NCBI GenBank assembly: GCA_963720465.1
Contig: OY970393.1
Coordinates: forward strand, 2,208,001 to 2,272,000
Reading direction: 5' to 3'
Source of the DNA: Methanobacteriota archaeon
Lineage (GTDB): Archaea; Halobacteriota; Bog-38; Methanoflorentales; Methanoflorentaceae
DNA: 64,000 nucleotides
The notes under the pieces were generated by a model, which searched no databases, was not told where the DNA came from, and saw only the letters and a program-made list of their open reading frames with translations. Below are positions 51,530-60,668 of the stretch, one piece after another; the first letter of the stretch is position 1; every line of letters starts with the position of its first letter. Both the position numbers and the translations under genes were made by a program.

Positions 51530-52115
51530 AAGATAGGTTTTGTATCTTAAAGGTTGTCATTTTGGTCTTCTTTACGATGAGATCCTCCTAGTTTATACAA
51601 TGAGGACAATTTTGGGCTAACTGAAGCACTTTTCCAATAATTCAGTTTTTATAAAATAGTGAATATTTAATTTGATTGTGATTCCCATGGATTTCGTGAG
51701 TTTGTATGTTAAGCCATCTTTCAGGTTAACGAGAATGGGTTGAAACAAAAGTGAGAGTTGAGCCTGTCTATCTCCAGACAGCTAGGTATTTTCTGACAAG
51801 GCATCTTGGGTATTGCCTATCAATATTTGCGTCAGAGATTCGTGGCTCCGGTACCGCCGAAGTTTTTGGAATGACTAGTAAGACCAGCTCTTGAAAACAA
51901 CCTGCTGCTGACCTTCGTAACAACGTCAAGTCCGCACAAAGGAATAGGTAGCAAGTGAAAGTGAGAGTTAAATGGCGGAGCTGATGAAGCCGGAAACCCG
52001 AGCACTTCTACAGGTAGATTAGGCGGTAAACGCAAGTGCGGGTGCATAGAAGCAAAAGTGAGACTAGAGGTAAGTCCTTCTTGTTCGCCTTTTTGCTGAC
52101 CGGTCGCGTGCTGCG

Positions 52116-52418
52116 TCAACGCGTCTTGTCGTCTGGTGTATCCAGTGCGCTTAAAATGTAAGGTCTTGAGGACACCTTGTGGTATTTGGGTCCTCCACCC
52201 ATCGACAAAATCCCTATGTAGCCTGCCGCCAGTAACTCGTGGAGGGCTTCTTGGACTTCGAGCTTCGTCCCGTCGACTTTTTTCTGCACCTGCCACGAGC
52301 GAAGGCCTTCGCTGCTAGACTCATAGATGCTTCTCAAAACCTTCTTTTGAAGACCGGTCATCAAAGCCACTTCACCGGGACCGTCGTGCAGCATCGGATT
52401 TAGCATAGTGACACGCAC
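52116..52418 (-). CDS. Small winged-helix-like protein
   Basis: LQKKVLRSI...VQEALHELLAAGYI helix pattern. Confidence 0.55.
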   Translation of the reverse strand: MRVTMLNPMLHDGPGEVALMTGLQKKVLRSIYESSSEGLRSWQVQKKVDGTKLEVQEALHELLAAGYIGILSMGGGPKYHKVSSRPYILSALDTPDDKTR

Positions 52419-52830
52419 CTTTCGGGATTGACCGTGTTAGTTAATCGCATATAGCTCTCCTTGTTGGCACCACCGCTGCAGAAAAACAAGAGACTTAGAC
52501 GCCTAGCCGACCAAAAAGTTTCTGTGCCACGCGCGCCGGCACCCCCTTAGACCGGCTGACAGACGTGGTCAAAGGATGCTCGAATGGCGGTTTGTCTGCG
52601 TGCAAGAGCATTTATCAACCATCCCGAGGAAATGAAACTGAGCTGAGAACATGTTGTTACACGTTACCATACCCGACGCAGATACTGGTTGTCCCCGATA
52701 CAATTCTAACAACATCTTGCTTGGTGTCGATAGACGTAAGAAACGCATGATCTGGCGCAGTTTCTATGCGATCGTTGCCCCAAATAGCTTGGCGCTCGCG
52801 TACGAAGCTTATCGTGCATAGGGTGGTTAG

Positions 52831-53295
52831 ATGGAAATGGGTTCACAAGTGCCGGCATTCTGTCTTCCGGATAAGGCCGGAGAGCAGCGGTGTTTAAGCG
52901 ATTTCAAGGGTAAGTGGGTGGTCCTTTACTTCTACCCGAGAGACAACACCAGTGGCTGTACGAGAGAAGCTATGGATTTTAGCGAACAGCTACCGGATTT
53001 TGAGAAGCACAACGCAGCAATCATCGGAATAAGCCCTGATTCGCCTGCGAGTCATGAGAAATTCGCTGAAAAGCATCAACTTCGTGTAGTGCTTTTGAGT
53101 GACGAAAAGCATGAAGTGGCGGAAACGTATGACGTCTGGAAACTAAAACGCCTATACGGGAAAGAGTATCACGGCATTGAACGGAGCACCTTTCTCATAA
53201 ACCCAGAAGGGAAGCTGGCCCAGGCTTGGAGAAACGTGAAAGTGAGCGGCCACGCTGATGCTGTCAAACGAACCCTCGAAGCGTTCATACAATAA
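52831..53295 (+). CDS. bcp: Peroxiredoxin, Bcp family
   Basis: LYFYPRDNTSGCTREA, RSTFLI. Confidence 0.95.
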   Translation: MEMGSQVPAFCLPDKAGEQRCLSDFKGKWVVLYFYPRDNTSGCTREAMDFSEQLPDFEKHNAAIIGISPDSPASHEKFAEKHQLRVVLLSDEKHEVAETYDVWKLKRLYGKEYHGIERSTFLINPEGKLAQAWRNVKVSGHADAVKRTLEAFIQ

Positions 53296-53433
53296 AAACG
53301 GCCTCAACGAGTCAGATCTGAATCTGGTAGTCGTCGCGAAGAAGCGAGGGCAGCCCTACAAACCCGATTGCAGTAGATTACGCAGAATTTACGAGTACCG
53401 CCGCCGATCCGCTCAAAGTAGGTCACAAAGAGG

Positions 53434-53742
53434 TTACCATTCCGGTTCGCCCTCTGTGCCAAATAAGCCGGAATAGAACAAGCCGTTGAAGCGATAGTCC
53501 TTGAGGTTGTCTGTAATCTCGTGCGATTCGTTGTTTTTGCTGCCCACTAACCTGCCATCTTCAAACCATCTGAGAGTGTCATAGCGGGAAAGCGCCAGAA
53601 TGACCTTCTGCTCAATGCGCTCTTCATCGGACCCTTCAGAACTCGCCGCTTTCACGTCGTCGATCGCCCATTTCGAAACGTCAGGTTTCAGCCACTGGAG
53701 GAATTCTCCCACTAGCCACGGGTACACGATAAGCGAGCGCAT
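53434..53742 (-). CDS. Hypothetical protein downstream of the DNA methyltransferase, possibly truncated
   Basis: 102-aa ORF 15 nt after the MTase stop, same strand. Confidence 0.5.
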   Translation of the reverse strand: MRSLIVYPWLVGEFLQWLKPDVSKWAIDDVKAASSEGSDEERIEQKVILALSRYDTLRWFEDGRLVGSKNNESHEITDNLKDYRFNGLFYSGLFGTEGEPEW

Positions 53743-53757
53743 GCTACTCTCTGCCTT

Positions 53758-55098
53758 TTAGGTGGACTCATCATCCTTCTTGAAGATTAAAACCTTTTCC
53801 TTTTGCATTATGTTGTACAGGCCAAAGATGGTCTTGTCGATGCTTCTTGTGAGTCGCAGTCCAATTCCGCTTGCGTGTTCCGTAATGAGCTCGGCAGATT
53901 GTAGTGACGTGCCGCCAAAGACGGCATTCCCAATAACGATCAGAGCGTATTTGTTTGGCTTCAATACGCGCATCATCTCGTCTAAACAGCCCTTTATGTC
54001 CTCATCGTAAAGGCGTACCCGGTCTTTCATCCGACCCCGCAACCCAATGAACTGTTCCCGGATCTCACTCGTATCAAATCCAAGGGCCTCAAGCGCGTGC
54101 GCATCGTTCTTGATATAATCGAGTGCAATCGAGTACGGAGGAGACGTGATTATACCATCGATGCTGTTATCCCGCACAGGCAGTGCGCGCGCGTCGCCGC
54201 GTTCAATAGTTGCACATCCCAGCGTTAGGCCGAGGTCCTTTCGGATCTGATCGTAGTCGGCAACCGACTGGACCATTAGTTTGGTTTTTGAGGCAAGTGC
54301 CGCAGCAGCGTCTTTTCTTCGTCGCACGCTATCGCTTAACGCTACCAGTTGGGCCAAGCGAAAGAAGTCCCCGACCCGTTGGTCTGTATCCACGGACATT
54401 GTCGACGTTGCTTCGTGCAGCGACGTGTTTGCCGCGTTTACTTTCGAAAGCTCCGCGCAGCGTTCTCGTATCTTGTCGATGACCTCGTGCGAGACGGTCT
54501 TGACCCTGCTCTGCAGAACGCACAGAGGCGAGGCATCGAACCCGACGCAGTTAACGCCCAATAATTGGGCCTCGAGCGCCGTCGTGCCGCTTCCGACAAA
54601 GGGATCCAAGACGGTGTCTCCCGGTCCCAGTCCGATTATGTTGAGCGCCGCTCGGACCAATTGCGGGTGGAATTTGCCTTTGTAGGGATATATCCAGTGT
54701 GTGAGATACTGGTTGACCGAACGCGTGCGATTTTTTCGCGAAATGTAAACGTAATCGGTGTCCTCCCCTCTGACCGTTTGAAAATATGCGAGCTGCCTCT
54801 TGAGTCGTTCATTATCGTCGACATCGAGCAGCCTGAAGCTCGAACACCCGTCGGTCATCTCGAAAACGGCTCCCAGAGACCGGAGTTCGAGGCCCGCTAG
54901 GATGAGTTCGTAAATGAACTGAACGTTGTCAAATAGGCGCGCCTGGTCGTGTAACGGGCTTTCTTCTTGTTTTTTCAAAGGTGCGTTGTTTGCAAGGCGT
55001 GACTTGTCGTTCACGTTATTTTCTGCCTCATAACCGTTTTTTAAATGCAAAGATAAAGTGTAGGTGACTTTATCGCTGAGCCGTACAGAGGATCCCAC
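53758..55098 (-). CDS. N4-cytosine/N6-adenine DNA methyltransferase
   Basis: HWIYPYKGKFHP, LDPFVGSGTT, ITSPPY. Confidence 0.9.
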   Translation of the reverse strand: MGSSVRLSDKVTYTLSLHLKNGYEAENNVNDKSRLANNAPLKKQEESPLHDQARLFDNVQFIYELILAGLELRSLGAVFEMTDGCSSFRLLDVDDNERLKRQLAYFQTVRGEDTDYVYISRKNRTRSVNQYLTHWIYPYKGKFHPQLVRAALNIIGLGPGDTVLDPFVGSGTTALEAQLLGVNCVGFDASPLCVLQSRVKTVSHEVIDKIRERCAELSKVNAANTSLHEATSTMSVDTDQRVGDFFRLAQLVALSDSVRRRKDAAAALASKTKLMVQSVADYDQIRKDLGLTLGCATIERGDARALPVRDNSIDGIITSPPYSIALDYIKNDAHALEALGFDTSEIREQFIGLRGRMKDRVRLYDEDIKGCLDEMMRVLKPNKYALIVIGNAVFGGTSLQSAELITEHASGIGLRLTRSIDKTIFGLYNIMQKEKVLIFKKDDEST

Positions 55099-55237
55099 CG
55101 AGTCTTGCTCATTAGGCCCCGGTGGACCTTACAAAACTCAAACAGGTTTTGAACGACCTTCGATTTAAAATTAATGCGCGAACGCCTTTCAGGCAGCGTG
55201 CTTTGCTATTCCTAAAAAAACACCTAACCGCAGTGTT

Positions 55238-55275
55238 AAAAAAAGCAAAAAAGGAAGCCAGGTTATCCCTGGCTT
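55238..55275 (-). terminator. Hairpin plus T tracts downstream of the Cys-rich gene
   Basis: AAGCCAGG/CCTGGCTT inverted repeat at 55255-55275 followed by T runs on the minus strand. Confidence 0.55.
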
Positions 55276-55496
55276 AAATCGAATTCGATTTTAGCTTTTG
55301 CGACTGCCCTGATTAATGACTGACCTTATCAGGTCGCTCGTAAATCGATGACCGGTTACGGATCACTGCAATAAGGGCACTCGCCTTTTTCTCTAATGCT
55401 CCCAGTTTTTGTAGCAGCGCCTACAGCTGAGATCAACTGTAGGCACTCGCCGTCGTTCTACAGTTGAACTGTATCACGACGTGCTGTCATTGCTAT

Positions 55497-56081
55497 TTAG
55501 TTACTGTCCGCGATTGCGGTGCCATTATCCCAAGCCACGGCAGGGCTAATGTTGACACTCTTGATGACGACGTTGCTGTTGATAGCGACGTTGCTCTGGT
55601 CGTTGTCGCTTACGGTGTTATTGTTGCCAGTGACTGTTATGGTGTTTGTCTGGGTGATCTTTTGCGTGGTTGCAGTTGCTTGGCTGTTTCCACTCGCGCT
55701 CGCGGCCGCGGCTCCCTTAGTAGCGACTGCGGCTGGCGTAACGACTGCTGGGGCGACGACTCCAACGACTCCCGGCGTAACGGCTGCTGGCTTTGCCGCG
55801 TAGTAGACTGGCTTGTAGACTGGCTTAAAGACTGGCATTGCCGAGACGGTCTTTACTTCACAGCACTGAGTGACTACGCAGCACGCGACTGTTGGACAGC
55901 AGCATGTCGTGGGGCACGCACAGCTGCAGCACGTTGATGTCACGCAGCTCGTGCACTGAGCACATACCGTCGCTGCACTAGTGCTTGTCGTGGCCTTGGC
56001 GGCGCACTGGGCTGAAACTGTGCCCGTCGCTGCAAGTGCCACAAAAGCGAGCACTAATAGAGACACGATAACTTTTTTCAT
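55497..56081 (-). CDS. Secreted Cys/Thr-rich protein with Asn/Thr/Val-rich C-terminus
   Basis: Signal peptide MKKVIVSLL...VSA; Cys cluster; AGGAG RBS; TATA upstream. Confidence 0.78.
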   Translation of the reverse strand: MKKVIVSLLVLAFVALAATGTVSAQCAAKATTSTSAATVCAQCTSCVTSTCCSCACPTTCCCPTVACCVVTQCCEVKTVSAMPVFKPVYKPVYYAAKPAAVTPGVVGVVAPAVVTPAAVATKGAAAASASGNSQATATTQKITQTNTITVTGNNNTVSDNDQSNVAINSNVVIKSVNISPAVAWDNGTAIADSN

Positions 56082-56391
56082 GATTCATCTCCTTTTGTTT
56101 AACACAGAGGGCTTATGCCCAACTTCTATGTCGTAACTCCTCTTTTTTCTAAGATATAAAAAGGTTTTGATATTGTTGGATGGTAAATTGCACTTAAATG
56201 GCCATATTGAGCGCTCATGTAAGTCTTTTTCAGTTACGCTTCGCGGCGTAGGAAATGCTCAACGTTTCGGCTGATTGCGTCAGCCCGCGGCTCATCTTGG
56301 GAAGAGCCAGAGAAAAAAAAGTCCGCGCGCTGTACAGCAGCAAGCGCCGTCCTTTTCGCTTCAGCTATGGCTCGTTGAAGGCTTAAGAAAC

Positions 56392-56418
56392 AAAAAGCCT
56401 GGAGATGAGCTCCCGGCT
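56392..56418 (-). terminator. Hairpin plus T tract downstream of the second Cys-rich gene
   Basis: AGCCGGGAG..CTCCAGGCT-TTTT on the minus strand. Confidence 0.45.
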
Positions 56419-56496
56419 CTAAAAGCTGTTTGAAAAAAGCTAGTTCATTTGGCTAAACGCGATCACGCGAGATCGATAAGAGTTAGGCGTGTGGCG

Positions 56497-56901
56497 TTAT
56501 GCAAGCCGGCACGTAGGACACGTTACCGCGTGTTGGACAGGCGCGAACGCACTGTGCCTGCAGGCCATTGTCGGATAATTCGCGCACTTCATCGTTGTCG
56601 GATAATTCGCGCACTTCATCGTTGTCGTAGGACACGCTGAAGTCTTTTGACAGCTCGTACACTGAGCGCACGTTGTCGTAGGACACGCTGAAGTCTTTTG
56701 ACAGCTCGTACACTGAGCGCACGTTGTCGTAGGACACGCTGAAGTCTTTTGACAGCTCGTACACTGAGCGCACGTTGTCGCAGCGCATGCGCTTGTACTA
56801 GTCGTGGTTGCGGGCTTAGCCGCGCACTGGGCTGAAACTGTGCCTGTTGCTGCGAGCGCCACAAAAACGAGCGCTAGTAGAGATACAATTACTTTCTTCA
56901 T
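56497..56901 (-). CDS. Secreted Cys/Thr-rich repeat protein, paralog of 55497-56081
   Basis: Nearly identical signal peptide; (TTTCAQCTSCQKTSACP)x3 and (TTMKCANYP)x2. Confidence 0.78.
   Translation of the reverse strand: MKKVIVSLLALVFVALAATGTVSAQCAAKPATTTSTSACAATTCAQCTSCQKTSACPTTTCAQCTSCQKTSACPTTTCAQCTSCQKTSACPTTTMKCANYPTTMKCANYPTMACRHSAFAPVQHAVTCPTCRLA
56568..56780. repeat. Intragenic tandem repeats: 27 bp x2 and 51 bp x3
   Basis: 27-bp units at 56568 and 56595; 51-bp units at 56621, 56672 and 56723. Confidence 0.93.
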
Positions 56902-57223
56902 TCTAGTTCTCCTGTTTTACTGATTGAGGGCTTCGATGCCCTTGCGTCTGTCGCTCTTTTTCCAATGATATAAATATATTCTGCATAGAATATTATTTCT
57001 GAGTAAACCTTTCGAGCTTATGAGGCCCTTAAGAGCAAATTAGCGTTTGAGTGCTTTCTTATGCATGCGTCCTCCGTTAGCAGTTTTAATGTGCTCCTCC
57101 TCGTGGGGTCGTGAGCCTGTGTCAGCGTCTAGGGCGAAATGGACGGCTCGCGTTTTTCCTGTGGGACAAGGGCTGCTCACCGTTGCGCAAGGTATATATC
57201 CGCGCGATTTGAGATCGAATGAC

Positions 57224-57919
57224 ATGCAATCTAATCCAGCTAGTGCCTCAACAAGCGCAACAGCAAATACACAAGCCGCGAGAGGAATTCCGCTGATCGG
57301 GGACAGATTCCCGCAGATGGAAGTTCAAACGACGCACGGCAAGATGACGCTGCCGGATGTTTTTAGCGGCAAGTGGTTCGTGCTTTTTAGTCACCCTGCA
57401 GATTTTACGCCGGTGTGCACGACTGAGTTTGTGGCCTTTGCTAAACGATATGACGAATTCCAAAAGCTTGACTGTGAGCTCATCGGACTGTCCGTTGATC
57501 AAATAATAGCGCACATGAAGTGGACCGAGTGGATCCAGCAGAACCTGGACGTCGAAATTCCGTTCCCGATTATTGCGGACACCGGCAAAGTAGCCTCGAT
57601 GCTGGGGATGATTCACCCTAACAAGGCGTCGAATACCGTGCGCGCAGTGTTCATTGTCGATCCGAAAAGCACCGTTCGGTTGATTATCTATTATCCGCAG
57701 GAAGTCGGCAGAAATATGGACGAAATTCTTCGAGCCGTGAAAGCTCTCCAAACCGCTGACAAATACGGCGTCGCCATGCCCGCTGGGTGGCCGCAAAACG
57801 AGCTTATCGGGAAGAAGGTACTCATACCACCGCCGGCCGATGAAAAGACGGCAAAAGAACGCGCTAAAATGTATGAAAACTACGACTGGTGGTTCTGCTA
57901 CAAAGAGCTCGAAGAGTGA
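57224..57919 (+). CDS. Peroxiredoxin (archaeal Prx6-type)
   Basis: [27 protein letters not shown]. Confidence 0.95.
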   Translation: MQSNPASASTSATANTQAARGIPLIGDRFPQMEVQTTHGKMTLPDVFSGKWFVLFSHPADFTPVCTTEFVAFAKRYDEFQKLDCELIGLSVDQIIAHMKWTEWIQQNLDVEIPFPIIADTGKVASMLGMIHPNKASNTVRAVFIVDPKSTVRLIIYYPQEVGRNMDEILRAVKALQTADKYGVAMPAGWPQNELIGKKVLIPPPADEKTAKERAKMYENYDWWFCYKELEE

Positions 57920-57989
57920 TGTCCTACGGCTCAGGCAGTATTCATCCGCGAAGCCCTGAGAAAGCAGGACATGATAAGCCGCGTGTATA

Positions 57990-58355
57990 ATGGAGGATGC
58001 GTTGACCGATACAGATCTGCCGCGTGAAAATGTGCAGGCGGGTTTGTTCTACGTGTCGCCAGAGGAGCTCGCTCGAAGACTGCATTCAGACCGGGCGCCG
58101 CTGGTGCTCGACGTGCGAGACCCTCCCGAATTAGGGGGGGAGTTGGGGCAGCTGTCTGGCGCCCTGAATATCCCGCTCGGGCAGCTTAAACAACGGGTAG
58201 GCGAACTCTCGACTCACAAAAGCCGGGACATCGTTGTTGTGTGCCGCACGGGAAGACGCTCAGAGGCCGCCGCTCGACTTCTTCAGGATATGGGATTTGA
58301 GCGGGTCTCCGTCTTGAAGGGTGGCATGACGGCGTGGCGGGACGCGCACCGATGA
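57990..58355 (+). CDS. Rhodanese-like domain protein
   Basis: LDVR, NIPL, CRTGRRS, LKGGMTAW. Confidence 0.92.
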   Translation: MEDALTDTDLPRENVQAGLFYVSPEELARRLHSDRAPLVLDVRDPPELGGELGQLSGALNIPLGQLKQRVGELSTHKSRDIVVVCRTGRRSEAAARLLQDMGFERVSVLKGGMTAWRDAHR

Positions 58356-58536
58356 ACAGCGCCTGACGGTTCCATTGCCGGCGCCCTCCAAGCGTGCACC
58401 TCCCAGCGGGGCCAAAAACACCGCACGAAGATCGCTCGTTTGGGCGCCTCTTTTTGTTTGTGACAACACCCATCAAGAAAGGGCGCTGCCCCCGTCGTTT
58501 AGGGAGGGTGAGCAAACGACTGGCGCAGTTGCGACG

Positions 58537-59905
58537 CTAGCCTCTTTCGAGCGGATATCTTCGGCTTTTCCAAGCCCTGATCGCGCCGAGAACGTTGTAG
58601 ACGCTTGCGTACCCGTGGTGTGCTAGAATGCTCGCAGCGAGACTGGCACGCCCTCCCCAGGAACAGTGTACGGCGAGGGGCGTATCCCGTGGCACACGTG
58701 CAACTTGCTGTTTGAGGTATCCTACGAAGAGGTGCTGTGCCCCTTTGATGTGACCATCCCTCCACTCGTGATCGTCGCGGACGTCGAGCACGATGACAGC
58801 CGCGCGGTCCACGGCATTTTTCAGCTGCTCAACCGAACACGTCTTGAGCCGCGCGATTGGCTTTCCGCGGTTCCGCCAGTCGGGCATTCCGTTACAGAGA
58901 TAGGTAGCGACGTTGTCAAAGCCAAGCCGATTCAGATACGTCTGAGCCACCTTGGCGTCCCCCGGTCTTTCGGTAACGAGCGCAACGGACTCGTCAGCAT
59001 CTAACACCCATCCGGGATAGATGCTGACACCATCCAGCCATATGCTGAGTGACCCAGGAATGTGCGATCCGGCAAATGCCCCTGGCTCTCGCGTGTCGAT
59101 AGTGGTTGTCGCGTTAGCCTCAATAATTCTCTCGAACTCGTCAGGGTCTGCCTCACGGAGCGTCCGAGGCATCGGAGGTGGGCCTTGAACATTAAGCTCC
59201 TGTGTTCTGCTGAAGTAAGGCGGCAGCGAGAGCTCCTGCTGGGTCAGGTAGCGCACGAAACCGTCTTCGTCCAGCTGAAGCAGCGGATTCGATTGGCGTT
59301 CGTAGCCCACGGTGCTGTACCGATCTGGTACTCATGTGGTTTCCGCAGACGCTTCCCGCGCCGTGGGCCGGATACACGAGAGCGTGATCACCAAGCGGCA
59401 AGAGTTTTTCAAAGATGCTGCTATGGAGCTTCTTTGACTGTGCGTGGGCTAACTCAGTTCCGAGGAGATCAATCCGCCCGACATCGCCCGCGAAGAGCGC
59501 GTCTCCCGTAAACACAATGAGCGGCACGCGGCTATCAAGCCGCTCGTAGACGACAAAGCAAAGGCTGTCGTTGGTGTGTCCGGGCGTGCTGAGGACTTCA
59601 ACCTTCAGGTCGCCGACACGGAACGTTTCGCCTTGGGCAAGGTTATGGTCTCCGTATCGAAAATGGGTTTCCTTGCTGTGGCCGATTTCTGCGTCGGTCC
59701 GCCGTTGAAGGTCGAGAGAACCGGCGACAAAATCCTCGTTGCAGTGCGTCTCGAAGATGTACTTAATTTCGGTGCACTCACGTACTGCCAGTTCGGCATA
59801 GATCGCGCAGTCTCGACGAGGATCTACGACCATCGCCTCGTTGTGGTCAGACAGGAAGTAGCTTTTGTGTGCCAGCCCCTCGGCCGTTACAGTCTCCAGC
59901 AGCAT
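58537..59905 (-). pseudogene. MBL-fold hydrolase with two rhodanese domains, frameshifted near 59320
   Basis: ETHCNEDF, TPGHT, TGDALF, PAHGAGSVCG; continues STVGYE in another frame to CSWGGRA. Confidence 0.85.
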
Positions 59906-60217
59906 TCGTACCTACTTGGGCCTTCGCGTTTATCACATTTTCTCGCCACAGTGAGAAACTCTGCATGCCACACCCCCCCATCGTGCTCGTCCGATAGCCT
60001 TGTAAATGGCAATCCGGACCTAACGCGGTACTATCGGGCACCGCAGGCCATCTGTGCGAATCGCGGAGCCAAGTGGCGAGGCAGGCTACGACAAGGATGC
60101 TGTAGATCGTCGTCCAGAGCGCTTATCTTCGTAACAAGCTAACCCCTCATGTTGTGAGTCAGCGTCGTGTGGCGAAGAAGCCGTGAAACTGCTGTGCAGC
60201 GTCATTCAGGAGCTCAT

Positions 60218-60653
60218 TTATGGTGAGGATTCGATGAGATGAAACCCGCGTTCGGTTAGCAATCCGGCCGCTTTCTTTAGGTCGCTTGCTTGGAGAATCA
60301 AGATCGCCTTATTCGGCGTTGCGCTCGTGTAAGCGTAGGCGTAATCGATGTTTATGGCGTTGTCGGAGAGCGCACGGCTGATCTCGAACAAGGCCCCAGG
60401 CGTGTCGTGTATTTCAAGGCCGACACCTTTGTTTCAGAGACGGAAAAACCGCCCTTCTTAGGTGGCGCAGAGACGCGTCTGCATCATCAACGACGAACCG
60501 AATGATGCCGAATTCGCCGCTATCAGCGATCGTAAAGGCGCGTACGTTTATGCCGTTTTCAGAGAGTATTTTCGTCGCGCTTGCAAGCCGGCCAGGTTTA
60601 TTCTCGGCAAAAAGCGTGATCTGCTTCAACAGTTTGTTTGTGACCATTCGCAT
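60218..60653 (-). pseudogene. ACT-domain protein with two frameshifts
   Basis: QITLFAENKPGRL...FGIIR; continues GGFSVSET, then LEIHDTPGAL...NIDYAYAY in shifted frames. Confidence 0.8.
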
Positions 60654-60668
60654 TACGACCTCGTTAGC

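Larger units (their letters stand above)
49656..52065. repeat. Dispersed AACTCTCACTTTT-type motif, 7 copies
   Basis: + strand: 49656, 49924 (1-nt deletion), 50266, 50954; - strand: 51747, 51957, 52054. Confidence 0.85.
49600..52100. mobile_element. AT-rich island with tandem minimal tyrosine recombinases and repeated sites
   Basis: Visible drop in GC; two recombinase copies; seven CTCA(C)TTT-core motifs. Confidence 0.6.

Noticed and set aside
51832-52296. 154-aa minus-strand ORF
   Set aside because: Overlaps the better wHTH-like ORF, crosses the repeat sites and has no protein-like motifs.
56568-56780. CRISPR-like array
   Set aside because: Repeats are contiguous with no unique spacers, have lengths divisible by 3 and lie within a coding frame; no cas genes nearby.
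57047-57223. Long N-terminal extension of the peroxiredoxin in the ORF track
   Set aside because: Upstream TTG extension spans the probable promoter (TATATAT near 57193); ATG 57224 fits the family length.
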